Positions 25,715-35,916 of a DNA stretch of 64,000 nucleotides are shown here, piece by piece (positions within the stretch are counted from its first letter, which is position 1; the number at the start of each line of letters is the position of its first letter). The DNA lies in IMG/VR virus record IMGVR_UViG_3300028805_003982; one strand, given 5' to 3'. This DNA comes from a virus (taxonomy: Duplodnaviria > Caudoviricetes). A program made the translations under genes and the position numbers. The notes under the pieces were generated by a model. That model did no database searches. It had not been told where the DNA came from and was given only the letters and a program-made list of their open reading frames with translations.

Positions 25715-25791
25715 CTCCCGGTACCAGAACTGGCATATGGACCGGACTTAAAATCCGGGGTTTGCGGGTTCGACCCCCGCGCGGGAGACCA
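25715..25791 (+). tRNA. tRNA-Leu(TAA), short variable arm
   Basis: Loop CTTAAAA, ACCA. Confidence 0.8.
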
Positions 25792-25971
25792 TAACCGCAG
25801 GAAGTGTATAGCGGTATAACAAGCGGTAAACATCTTCTGGCAGGGCGCAGACTCATGAGAAAAGAACAGCCACTGCCGTCGAATCCTATAGCCCTTGGTG
25901 TGACAGGACTATGCGTGAGAAAACACACCGATCATCGCTAGGTATTTTATTAATAAGAAAGGAGAGACATT

Positions 25972-26463
25972 ATGTTCAGATCGGCAAGCGGTCAGGAAAT
26001 GACTGTGGACGAGATAATCAATAAGATCGCCCGTTACATAGCATCTGACCCTGAAGCATCTTACGAGTTTACGGTGGGTACGGACAGCCAGAACCACGAC
26101 AGGACAAAGATGGTCGAGGTTATCGCGGTACACCGGAAGGGAAGGGGCGGAATATATTTCTATAACGTCGAGTATGTCCGCCGCATTAACAGTTTAAAGC
26201 AGAAGATCAATGAAGAAACGGCAAGAAGCCTTAACATCGCAAACGGGCTTATCGACAGGCTTGAATTAAGGCTTTATGAAGATAACATTGATCTGACGAC
26301 TTTAGATGTTTCTTTCCAGATCCACTGCGATATAGGGCCTTGCGGCAAGACGTCCATGCTCATCCAGGAGATCGTAGGATGGGTAACAAGCTGCGGCTAT
26401 ATCTGTCTTATCAAGCCTGACAGTTATGCAGCAAGCGGCATTGCCGATAAGCACAGTAAATGA
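25972..26463 (+). CDS. RNase H-like YkuK (DUF458) family protein
   Basis: VGTDSQ, IHCDIG, KPDSYAASGIADKHSK. Confidence 0.85.
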   Translation: MFRSASGQEMTVDEIINKIARYIASDPEASYEFTVGTDSQNHDRTKMVEVIAVHRKGRGGIYFYNVEYVRRINSLKQKINEETARSLNIANGLIDRLELRLYEDNIDLTTLDVSFQIHCDIGPCGKTSMLIQEIVGWVTSCGYICLIKPDSYAASGIADKHSK

Positions 26464-26502
26464 TACCAGTTCCTTAACTTTATTTGGTTAAGGAGCTTTT
26501 AT

Positions 26503-26577
26503 ACTTCCGTCGTTCAACAGGAAGGACAGCAGTTTCCTAAACTGCCGATCAAGGTTCGAGCCCTTGCGGGAGTGCCA
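26503..26577 (+). tRNA. tRNA-Arg(CCT)
   Basis: Loop TTCCTAA, GCCA. Confidence 0.85.
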
Positions 26578-26651
26578 TTTATATACAAAACGACCCTATA
26601 CAGGCGGTTAAAAGGGTCCAAATAAGGTATAATATAAAAAGGAGGAAGGTT

Positions 26652-27017
26652 ATGGACTTTGAGGTATACAAAAGTGCGGTTTGTCAACAAGTCAAAACTC
26701 TGGGCGCACAAGAGTTTATTAAACGCACGCTGATAACGGATGAAATAACTGGGCTCATGGAAGATCGGCAGTATTGCGAAGCGTTGTATTTGTTGGCCAT
26801 GGTGGACTATTTATCCAATAAATTGCAAATCCCTTTATATTCTAAATATGAGTCCTTTCGCAGTGCAAAGCTGGATCACAGAATATATCCTCGTGATATA
26901 GAGTTGTTGTCCCGCTTGTTTCATGACGATTCTCTTAAGCAACATGCATGGGATCAGGCTATTCCTGAATTTAAGAGACATAACATTGTCGAAAGTGAGG
27001 TGGAAGATGTCTGCTAA
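26652..27017 (+). CDS. putative antitoxin/partner of the downstream nucleotidyltransferase
   Basis: Own promoter and RBS; overlaps next gene; YLLAMVDYLS and IPEFKRHNIVE motifs. Confidence 0.6.
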   Translation: MDFEVYKSAVCQQVKTLGAQEFIKRTLITDEITGLMEDRQYCEALYLLAMVDYLSNKLQIPLYSKYESFRSAKLDHRIYPRDIELLSRLFHDDSLKQHAWDQAIPEFKRHNIVESEVEDVC

Positions 27018-27726
27018 AAAGATGTTAACAAAAGCTGAGTTTGACTTTTATCTCGCTAAGTTAGCTACCCTCCTTAAGAAAGAATACGGCAAAGGCTTTG
27101 AAGGCGAACTAATTGTTGTGGGCGGTGCGGCGATTTTGGCAAACTATCATTTTCGGACTATGTCCGCGGATATAGATGCCATTATTCGGGCAAATGCAAG
27201 AATAAAAGATGCCATAAACAAAATAAGCGATGTGTATGATTTGCCTAGCGATTGGCTTAACTCGGATTTTGTGAAAACAACATCGTTTTCGGGAAAATTG
27301 GCAGAAGTATCTCGATATTATCGTTCATTCTGTAATGGTGTGTTAACAGTCCGAACGGTTAATGCTGAATACTTAATCGCGATGAAATTAAGGTCTTTTC
27401 GACCCTATAAAAAGGATCTTTCTGACATCGTAGGCATTATTGGTGAACATGACAAAGAAGGTAACAGCATAACAATTGAGAGTATTATAAAAGCATACAA
27501 ATACTTATATGACGCCGAGTTGCCAGACAAAGCTCTCTTGTTTTTACAATCCGTGTTTGATAATAATGATATTTTGGGGTTATATCAAAACATAAGTGAA
27601 CAAGAACGAAAAGATAAAATAAAGTTAATCGATTTTGAGAATAAATATCCCGGAGTTCTATCAGAAGACAACTTAGAAGATATTTTGCAAAATCTTAATA
27701 ATCATAATTCGGGCATTGCCGATTAA
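27007..27726 (+). CDS. nucleotidyltransferase, DUF6036/AbiEii-like
   Basis: IVVGGAA...ADIDA Pol-beta-type motif, WLN, LIAMKL, KDLSD. Confidence 0.75.
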   Translation: MSAKKMLTKAEFDFYLAKLATLLKKEYGKGFEGELIVVGGAAILANYHFRTMSADIDAIIRANARIKDAINKISDVYDLPSDWLNSDFVKTTSFSGKLAEVSRYYRSFCNGVLTVRTVNAEYLIAMKLRSFRPYKKDLSDIVGIIGEHDKEGNSITIESIIKAYKYLYDAELPDKALLFLQSVFDNNDILGLYQNISEQERKDKIKLIDFENKYPGVLSEDNLEDILQNLNNHNSGIAD

Positions 27727-27748
27727 TACATTTTCTCTCTAATTATGT

Positions 27749-27824
27749 GCCCGATTGGCGCAATTGGCAGAGCAACGGTATCGTAAACCGTAGGTTGCGG
27801 GTTCAAATCCCACATCCGGCTCCA
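27749..27824 (+). tRNA. tRNA-Thr(CGT)
   Basis: Loop ATCGTAA, CCA. Confidence 0.8.
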
Positions 27825-27882
27825 CTACCTCAACGGGGCGTCGGTTTTCTTTTAGAGGTCTATACTATAACCGTTATAATAA

Positions 27883-27959
27883 CTCTCGGTGGCGGAATTG
27901 GCATACGCAGCGGACTTAAAATCTGTAAGTTACGGGTTTGACTCCCGTTCGAGAGACCA
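27883..27959 (+). tRNA. tRNA-Leu(TAA), short variable arm
   Basis: Loop CTTAAAA, ACCA. Confidence 0.8.
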
Positions 27960-27992
27960 AAAATATACAAAATGTCTATGAAAGGAGTTCTT

Positions 27993-28727
27993 ATGAAGGT
28001 TTTGGTAATTCCTGATGTACACTTAAAACCTGTCATGTTTGACAGAGCAGATCAGCTTTTTAAAAGTGAGAATATCGATCGCTGCGTCTGTCTGATGGAT
28101 ATCCCGGATGACTGGAATAAGCAGTTTAATATATCTTTGTATGAGGAAACTTTCAAAGCCGCCATAAAGTTCCAGAAAGACCATCCGGATACTCTCTGGT
28201 GCTGGGGAAATCATGATCTCAGTTATGTTTGGGGGATGTCCGAATCGGGCTATTCCAAGGTTGCAGAATACACTGTCCGTAAATATATCGACAAGCTTCT
28301 CGATATTGTACCCGATGATCAGATAGAGTACATCCATCGTATAGACGATGTTTTGTTCATGCACGGGGGTTTATCAGCGCTCTTTGTTAAGACTCATCTG
28401 GAAGATCTGGGTCTTTATGACGATGTAGATACCATCATAAGCTGGATCAACAGTCTCGGCCCCGAATACATGTGGACAAACGCTTCTCCTATCTGGTATC
28501 GGCCTCAGCTGGACTTTCGAGCTTTATATAAGCAGGATACTCTTTTACAGGTAGTAGGGCACACTCCTGTCAGGAAAGTAAATACCGACACCGTAAGAAA
28601 CTTTATTTCCTGCGATGTGTTTTCCACGGAAAGCAACGGAACCCGGTATGGGGAAGAGAAGTTCCCGGTAATAGACACCAAAAGGAAGAGTTTGTGCAAT
28701 CTGCACGAAATGGAAAGGAATTTATAA
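27993..28727 (+). CDS. calcineurin-like metallophosphoesterase
   Basis: PDVH, GNHD, HGG, GHT motifs. Confidence 0.85.
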   Translation: MKVLVIPDVHLKPVMFDRADQLFKSENIDRCVCLMDIPDDWNKQFNISLYEETFKAAIKFQKDHPDTLWCWGNHDLSYVWGMSESGYSKVAEYTVRKYIDKLLDIVPDDQIEYIHRIDDVLFMHGGLSALFVKTHLEDLGLYDDVDTIISWINSLGPEYMWTNASPIWYRPQLDFRALYKQDTLLQVVGHTPVRKVNTDTVRNFISCDVFSTESNGTRYGEEKFPVIDTKRKSLCNLHEMERNL

Positions 28728-28732
28728 ACAAC

Positions 28733-29581
28733 ATGAACAAACAAGAAAGAATCAGGGTGTTTGAAGATACCAAAAGCCTTTATAATTCAGATCCGTTTTT
28801 ACGGGCGTCCATAGCAGATTCCCGGGAAAAGACCCGGATCATACCGGAGACTGAAAAGATCTTATTTTCCGGAGTTCCTGAGTATTCCGGCCGTGCTGAC
28901 ATAGTAATATCCCGCAAAAGGTCTTTTGAGGCTGCAGAAGCGTACGCCAAGCAGGGTTTGCATGTTGCAGTGCATAATTTTGCATCTGCCACAAATCCCG
29001 GTGGGGGAGTGGTGAACGGCGCGACGGCTCAAGAGGAGTGTTTGTGTCGTTGCTCCACTTTGTATCCCTGTCTTAACGTCAATGATGCTTGGAACAATTT
29101 TTACGGTCCTCACAGAGAAGCGGGCGATCCTCTTCATAACGGCGACATCATTTACACGCCCGGGGTAACCGTCTTCAAAACAGATACCGACATTCCTGTA
29201 TTAATGAAAAGAAACGACTGGTTTAATGTGGACGTAATAACATGTGCAGCGCCCAATCTACGTAATAAGCCTTCCAATCAGTATAATCCTGCGGACGGCA
29301 ACTTTAAAGCTGACATCAGCGAAAGAGAACTTCGTACGATCCATGAGCAGCGGCTTGGCAGGATCTTGTCGGCAGCGCTTGCTGGCAGCTGCGACGTAGT
29401 AATCCTCGGCGCTTTTGGCTGCGGGGCTTTTTGCAATCCGCCGCAAGTCGTAGCCGAAGCTGCTAAAAATGTGATCTCCCGATATCTTGATCATTTTAAG
29501 GTTATCGAGTTTGCTGTTTATTGTCCTCCTGATGATGACAGCAACTTCAGGACTTTCTCAAAGATCCTGAAAACCCGTTAA
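28733..29581 (+). CDS. bacterial PARG / TIGR02452 macrodomain ADP-ribosyl hydrolase
   Basis: NFASATNPGGG...AQEE.LCR.STL and LGAFGCGAF.NPP. Confidence 0.9.
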   Translation: MNKQERIRVFEDTKSLYNSDPFLRASIADSREKTRIIPETEKILFSGVPEYSGRADIVISRKRSFEAAEAYAKQGLHVAVHNFASATNPGGGVVNGATAQEECLCRCSTLYPCLNVNDAWNNFYGPHREAGDPLHNGDIIYTPGVTVFKTDTDIPVLMKRNDWFNVDVITCAAPNLRNKPSNQYNPADGNFKADISERELRTIHEQRLGRILSAALAGSCDVVILGAFGCGAFCNPPQVVAEAAKNVISRYLDHFKVIEFAVYCPPDDDSNFRTFSKILKTR

Positions 29582-29707
29582 CGGATCTTTTCGGCTTTTT
29601 TGTAAACCTGGTTCTAAATCGGCAAAGGGAGGGAATACTATAAAAATACATCTTTGCGGAAAATACAGATTAAACGCAAAAATAGTGCAGATTACAGGAG
29701 ATTTAGC

Positions 29708-30724
29708 ATGAGCGGACACAAAATCACCGAAACCCGTTACATCGACAAAGCCAACAGCTTGATGGAAAAACTTCCCGGTTATGTGAAGAATTACATCAGG
29801 GCGATCCACAACAGGACTTCACCGAGAACTAATTACGAATATGTCAAAGACATCCAGATGTTTTTATCTTACGTCAAAGACAGATATGATCTCGAAGAAG
29901 TTTCTCTTGAGTTTCTTCAGGATCTTCCCAAAAACGTTTATGAAGATTACTTTGAATATCTTGAACATTACGAAAATGATCTCGGCGAAGTTACCAACGG
30001 CCGCAGATCCCTGTCCCGTAAGATGTCAGCCCTGAAGGCTTTCTTCAAGTATCTTTATACCAATGAGTTGATCAATACCTACGAGATCAGCAAGATTCCG
30101 CAGCCCAAGGTTCCCAAGAAAGAGATCATTAAGATGGACAAAGCGGAAACTTCTGATTTCCTTAACGCTGTTAAAGGAAACGCTCCCATGACCAAGAAGC
30201 AGCGCGAATACCACGATCTGCAGGAAAAGCGTGATCTGGCCATTGTTTACCTGATGCTCTCTTCCGGTATCCGCGTTTCCGAGTGCTCTGAGCTGGATCT
30301 GACCGACGTGGATCTTAACAAAGCCTGCGTCTACATCACCCGCAAGGGCGGCAACGAGGCCATCGTTTACTTTTCAGACGAGGCGTCTGCTTACCTGTCC
30401 GATTATATAGACTGGCGTAAATCTTATGAAAAGGTCGATAAAGACGAAAAAGCCCTGTTTTTATCGAGCAGAAACACCCGTTTATCGGTCAGGAGTATCG
30501 AAGTTATAATCAAAAAGTATGCTGCTTCTTCCCTGCCGGGCAAGCACATTACGCCCCATAAACTCCGTGCCACATACGCCACTCAGCTTTATGAGGAGAC
30601 CGGAGACATCTATCTTGTAGCCGAATCCTTGGGCCATAAAGACGTTTCTACTACTAAAAACCACTATGCAAACCTGTCTGATAAGCGTAAGGAGGCTAAC
30701 AGGAACAGGCTGAAATTTGATTAA
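29708..30724 (+). CDS. XerC/D-like tyrosine recombinase
   Basis: SGIRVSE, HKLR, LGH, catalytic Y; no arm-binding domain. Confidence 0.9.
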   Translation: MSGHKITETRYIDKANSLMEKLPGYVKNYIRAIHNRTSPRTNYEYVKDIQMFLSYVKDRYDLEEVSLEFLQDLPKNVYEDYFEYLEHYENDLGEVTNGRRSLSRKMSALKAFFKYLYTNELINTYEISKIPQPKVPKKEIIKMDKAETSDFLNAVKGNAPMTKKQREYHDLQEKRDLAIVYLMLSSGIRVSECSELDLTDVDLNKACVYITRKGGNEAIVYFSDEASAYLSDYIDWRKSYEKVDKDEKALFLSSRNTRLSVRSIEVIIKKYAASSLPGKHITPHKLRATYATQLYEETGDIYLVAESLGHKDVSTTKNHYANLSDKRKEANRNRLKFD

Positions 30725-30764
30725 TTCAGATCTGTTTTAATCAAATGCTGTTATACTATATAAT

Positions 30765-31045
30765 GTTACCGGATAGCGGGTGGTCTTTTCGGAGGCCACG
30801 AAGGATGAAAACCTACCTTCCGTCGGGCTGTCGGCAGTAGCAAAACTCCATTCGTGGAAGAAAGCAAACAGCATTTATTAAGTGGCCGGACCGGATTCCT
30901 GTGCCTTGGGGATTTTCCTCCGTGGAATACCTGGGTAGTGTAGGTCACCAACGATAATATCCGGAAGAGGTCCACCACCCGGTACGTTAAGCCGGGGAAC
31001 TCCAGGGATATTCCCTGCCGGCGGAGGTTGTGCTCCGCTTTTTTA
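30765..31045 (+). ncRNA. stand-alone structured ncRNA of unknown family
   Basis: Promoter TGTTATACT upstream, multiple GC-rich hairpins, terminator GGCGGAG/CTCCGCT plus T tract, no credible ORF. Confidence 0.55.
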
Positions 31046-31167
31046 TTGTTTTTTATATGAATCATGGGCAAAACAAGGTCTGAAAATCCGTGAAGATGAT
31101 ATAATTAAAAGTGTAGGTTATCTGTTAGAATAACTAACAGTATAATGTTTTTGTGAAAGGTTTTAGT

Positions 31168-31665
31168 ATGAGTGATCTGATAAACAAACTGAATTACAAG
31201 GAAACTTTTATCCTGCAGCTGTTCGGCATCGGTTCTGAACGGTTATTGTTTGCGGACTCTGTTAATGCCTTAAAGAAAGAAGTCGTCAATCAGATCGTTT
31301 TGAGATCCGGCAAAAACTGGGGCGTTACAAACATTTCTATTTTTGCATATCCGAAAGACGATGGTCTGGGAATAGTAAGGAGCATCTTCCTTGAGTGTTC
31401 TTTTGACATCTCCCGTTTAGACGTGTCTGCCAGTTCCGGTGAAGGGGATCTTAAATACTTTGCCGGGCATATTAAGGAGATCGTCGGTAAACGCATTCAT
31501 TCGGAGGTCGGAAGCTCCGTCTGGGCTGCGGCAAAGGTCTGTTCTTCTGAAGGCTCAAAAATGAGCTGTAAACTGGACAGCATCGGGCCGACCGTTGTGA
31601 TCAAAGGGGATTCCGGTATTGATGAAAACATCACCTCTCCCCTTCCCCACATTAATTTTAGTTAA
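31168..31665 (+). CDS. hypothetical protein
   Basis: GAAAGG RBS. Confidence 0.6.
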   Translation: MSDLINKLNYKETFILQLFGIGSERLLFADSVNALKKEVVNQIVLRSGKNWGVTNISIFAYPKDDGLGIVRSIFLECSFDISRLDVSASSGEGDLKYFAGHIKEIVGKRIHSEVGSSVWAAAKVCSSEGSKMSCKLDSIGPTVVIKGDSGIDENITSPLPHINFS

Positions 31666-31680
31666 CCAACGAGGAATACT

Positions 31681-32250
31681 ATGAAGTTTTATATATCTGA
31701 CACGCATTTTGGCCACAAGAATATCATGAGGTTTGACGGAAGACCTTGGATGGATGTTTCTGCAATGGAAGAAGACATGATCTGTCTTTGGAACAAGGCC
31801 GTCCGTAAATCCGACGAAGTCTATATTTTAGGAGACCTGTGCTGGGGCACTGCAGATGACTGGCGCAAGCTTGTTCCAAAGCTGCACGGTAAGAAGTTCC
31901 TTATTACAGGTAATCACGATCTTAAGCAGATCCCTGAAGATGTCCGTAAGATGTTTGTCGGTATTAGTGGGTATAAGGAGATCCGTGACGGCGATTATAA
32001 CATAATTATGAGTCATTACCCCATTTTGGCTTATAAGCATGACATAGATCCCAATACTTTGATGCTTCACGGCCACGTTCACAATACCGATGAGTTTCAG
32101 GCGGTTAAAGAGGCCGTAAAAACGATGAAGGAGTGCTGCGAGGTAAAGGGGTATCAGTATAGGGGCAGACTCTATAACTGCTGGTGCGGTTTTTACGGTT
32201 GGGCTCCGACAACCTTGAACGGGATATTAACCAATAAGCTTAACCACTAA
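31681..32250 (+). CDS. phage-type metallophosphoesterase
   Basis: SDTHFGH, LGD, GNHD, HYP, HGHVH. Confidence 0.9.
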   Translation: MKFYISDTHFGHKNIMRFDGRPWMDVSAMEEDMICLWNKAVRKSDEVYILGDLCWGTADDWRKLVPKLHGKKFLITGNHDLKQIPEDVRKMFVGISGYKEIRDGDYNIIMSHYPILAYKHDIDPNTLMLHGHVHNTDEFQAVKEAVKTMKECCEVKGYQYRGRLYNCWCGFYGWAPTTLNGILTNKLNH

Positions 32251-32583
32251 GGATAAGGAAGTGACTTCTATGAAAAACAGAGTATACATAGTTGTAAAAC
32301 ATTCCCCTGTTACATCGCGTGCCGGTGAAACTTTGTATGCTTCGGAAAACATAGGAGTCTTTGCCAAGAAAGCTGCTGCCGAGACATACCTAAACGAGGA
32401 GTCTAAAAAGATAAGAGAATCCAATTCTTCAGGTCGCAGGGGTTCCTTTTTAATGGTCGAAACTTGGGAAAATATAGGGTAAGTTTTGAAAAGAGTTTGC
32501 CAAACTAGGGTATTACTCCATGTTTACCAACGGTCATATGTTAGAATTAGGTCAGGATACGAATCGCAGAAAGGGAAAAAATA

Positions 32584-32856
32584 ATGACTAATAATGAAGA
32601 GGCTGTTGAGAGGCTAGAATATATCAAAACACATGATACAGACCCCGAGGATTACGAGGTGTTTGACCTTGCTATCAAAGCGCTTGAAACACAACTGACA
32701 TGCGAATGGATATACCACGAAGAGTGGGAAAACGAAGGCGGCTGTGGTTATGAGTGTCCCCGTTGTGGTCGCGCGTATGACTATGATATGAACTTTTGTG
32801 GCTACTGTGGTACAAGAATGACGGGTGTGAAGAATGAAAGCGAAGAAGCGTGTTAG
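32584..32856 (+). CDS. small Zn-ribbon protein
   Basis: CPRCG...FCGYCG. Confidence 0.7.
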   Translation: MTNNEEAVERLEYIKTHDTDPEDYEVFDLAIKALETQLTCEWIYHEEWENEGGCGYECPRCGRAYDYDMNFCGYCGTRMTGVKNESEEAC

Positions 32857-33014
32857 AGATGGAATGGTGCATATTCCTTTATGTGTGGTAAATTGTGGAA
32901 CGATTTGTGAAGAGATGATACCAGGCGGGCATTGTATTTATTCAGAGTTTTGCCCTATTGCAGAGAATAACACAACTTCAAGATTGATAGTTAAGATTAC
33001 AAAGGAGAATTGAT

Positions 33015-33314
33015 GTGCAGATAGTAATTGATATACCTGAAGATAGATACAGACAGATAAAAGACATGCCTAATGCTTTTGGTTCTGATATTTGTAAGGC
33101 AATTAGAAACGGCATACCTTTGCCCAAAGGACACGGAAAATTGGTCGACGAAAAGGAAGCAATGGGTCTTATTGCTGAAGGAAAAAACGGCAAAGCATAT
33201 TTTGGGACAGTAAATAAGGACTGGGAAGTTATAGACTTTCTCAAAACAATACCACCAATCATAGAGGCAGATGAGGAGACAGAGAATGAGCACAGTAGAT
33301 ATTCCGATATATGA
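33015..33314 (+). CDS. paralog family protein (IVIDIP...PLPKGHG...IIEAD)
   Basis: Shared motifs with 34079, 34603, 34952. Confidence 0.7.
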   Translation: MQIVIDIPEDRYRQIKDMPNAFGSDICKAIRNGIPLPKGHGKLVDEKEAMGLIAEGKNGKAYFGTVNKDWEVIDFLKTIPPIIEADEETENEHSRYSDI

Positions 33315-34078
33315 GAGACCTATAGATGAGTGGTTAATGGCAGTTATTGAGGAGCTTGAAAGTCGCAAGAGCTATGGCATAGAGTATGCACAAGCTATGG
33401 AAGATGTTATTGCTATCTTAACGGCAAGGTTAAATGCAGATAAGGAGGCAGAGAATGAGTAAGATAAGAGTTACTAATCCTTATTTTGAAAAAGAATATA
33501 AAGTTGTAGAGGGGTTTGGTGATATTGAATACAATCTTCACAACATCAAACAAGGCTTGGGAGAATTTCTTCTTCTCCATACAACAGATGGAGAAACGAT
33601 TACTATAAATCCTTCGAATTATGCAAGTGTCGAGATCGCAGCAGATAAGTGAGGTAGATTGATATGACATACACAAACGCACAGTACAAGAGAGCATTTG
33701 AAATTGCTTGTGATTTGCTTAATGGCAGTAATCTTTATGGCATAGATACCGATAATTTATTTGCTTTAATTATGCAGGAATACGGTATAGTTTCTACTCT
33801 TGAGTATCAGAAATTCATTTTGGAACATCTTGATAGGTTTAGTGATGATGACGAAATCAGATTAAAAGCCGTTGAGAGATTAGGCTGGTGAGGTAGATTG
33901 ATTTGAAGCATAAGAAACCTAAGTGGACAATCAAGCGTATTAAGAACCGCATTATTCATTTAATGCAGAAGCAATATGTTGCTAACCATATTTGGTGTTA
34001 TGGGTGCAAATATTTGCATAATCATACCTGTGAAGAGCTTGACCCCCTTAAAAGTAAATGTAAGTGAGGAGAATTGAT

Positions 34079-34366
34079 ATGCAGATAGTAATTGATATGC
34101 CAGATGACCTGAAAGATAAGATTTGTAATTCAACTGAAGAGTGGGCAGCTCGTTATGTAGCTGGATGGGATATGGAAATTGCAAGGATCGTTAGAAACGG
34201 TACACCACTTCCTAAAGGACATGGAAGATTAAAAGATGTTGATTGGATTGATGATAATTGCGAGGTCCATTATTCGGATAAAGACGGAAGTTGGTGTTAT
34301 GCGTGGAGAGACATTGATAATGCTCAAACAATCATAGAGGCAGATAAGGAGGCAGAGAGTGAGTAA
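34079..34366 (+). CDS. paralog family protein
   Basis: As for 33015. Confidence 0.7.
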   Translation: MQIVIDMPDDLKDKICNSTEEWAARYVAGWDMEIARIVRNGTPLPKGHGRLKDVDWIDDNCEVHYSDKDGSWCYAWRDIDNAQTIIEADKEAESE

Positions 34367-34602
34367 GTTACGCATAAAGGTCTCCAAAGACAATGCCCCT
34401 TTCATTATCTATAATCATTTATTTGTAAAAGAAGAACGATTCACAATTGATGAATTACAAGCCGAACTTTTAGAGCAATATGGTTTAGATGTGGATAAGA
34501 ATTTCATTAAATCTGAAATCGAGGAATATTTAAATTGGGGGTTAGTAGTGCATAGTTTGGATAAATATAAATCGCGTATGAAAGATTAAGAGGAGTATTG
34601 AT

Positions 34603-34938
34603 ATGAAGATATTAATTGATGTACCTGAAGAGTATCTTGATAGCGAAGTTATACACATTACTGCGGTCACGGGTGTGAATAACAAGATTACAGACGTTAA
34701 TGTTGAAAGTGCGTATGCAGAGTTTCAAGTTCTTCCTAAAGGGTACGGAGATTTGATTGATAAGTCAAAAATATACAAAGCCATTCCTGCGGAAGAAGAT
34801 AACAGTACCGGTATGGGAATGACGCGTGAAGAGATGGACGCTTATAACGAGGGTATTGATGCTATGTATTCACGCGTTCAAGACGCACAACCAATCATAG
34901 AAGCAGATAAGGAGCATCAATATCCTTACAATCTATAA
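34603..34938 (+). CDS. paralog family protein
   Basis: As for 33015; tail HQYPYNL. Confidence 0.7.
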   Translation: MKILIDVPEEYLDSEVIHITAVTGVNNKITDVNVESAYAEFQVLPKGYGDLIDKSKIYKAIPAEEDNSTGMGMTREEMDAYNEGIDAMYSRVQDAQPIIEADKEHQYPYNL

Positions 34939-34951
34939 GGAGGGACAAGAT

Positions 34952-35242
34952 ATGGAGATAGTAATTGATATACCAGAAGGAATGTATGAGGCATATAAAG
35001 GCAGACCGCCGATGTTTGGCGATGAGGGCTTGGATAGTATCTGCCAAGCAATAGCAAACGGCACACCGCTTCCGAAAGGACACGGAAAATTGATTGATGC
35101 TGATGATTTAGACATAACAACAATCACAACAGATGATTATAACGGAAATGAAGTGTTAGAAGTTGTGTTAAAAGAAGACATTGATAATGCACAACCTATC
35201 ATAGAAGCAGATAAGGAGCATCAATATCCTTACGATCTATAA
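34952..35242 (+). CDS. paralog family protein
   Basis: As for 33015; tail HQYPYDL. Confidence 0.7.
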   Translation: MEIVIDIPEGMYEAYKGRPPMFGDEGLDSICQAIANGTPLPKGHGKLIDADDLDITTITTDDYNGNEVLEVVLKEDIDNAQPIIEADKEHQYPYDL

Positions 35243-35916
35243 GAAGAGGCAAAATATGAAGGCAGTGGTTACCGTAGATGTAGATCTGAAACATGCCAGA
35301 ATTGCACTTGGCATTGCAGGATATGACGTGGAACATAAGACGGATCAGGAGATCTTAGAGATGGCCGTTCGTATGAATGACTGCTACGCGGTCAATACGT
35401 TAGAGATAAACACAGAACTTGAGCCTGTCTTCCCTAAAGTCGACAGCCATGCGGAGTATTGGGATAACATTGGTAGTGCTGATATTAGCGGAGCAAAAAT
35501 GGAGAATGGGGGAAAAGATAAACATGAACTCTAAGATCGGATATCTATCCCCTACCGGGGAATTACACGAATGTGCACCATACGATCATCTTTCCCTTGC
35601 AAGAGACATGATCGATGATATGGTTAATGCCGGAATCAACGTCCCTGCCCAAGCCAAGGTAAATACTGTCGAAGCAGAGGGATATCTACTATCTTTAGGG
35701 TATATCGCTATCAGGTCACACGACTGCTATGGTCATATCGGATACTTTGTAGAAGATAACAGCGGTCGAAGGATACATATGACAGACGAACAAAAGAAAT
35801 GGCTGTTGGATAATTACGGTAATTTTGGCGCTGAGAAGCAAAAATGTGTAGATCGATTATTTGATTGGGATATGTAATGTCATAAATCTATTTGATGACT
35901 GATAAGGAGAGAATGA

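Noticed and set aside
22141-25928. ORF-track calls across the tRNA arrays
   Set aside because: They overlap clear tRNA cloverleafs and lack RBSs.
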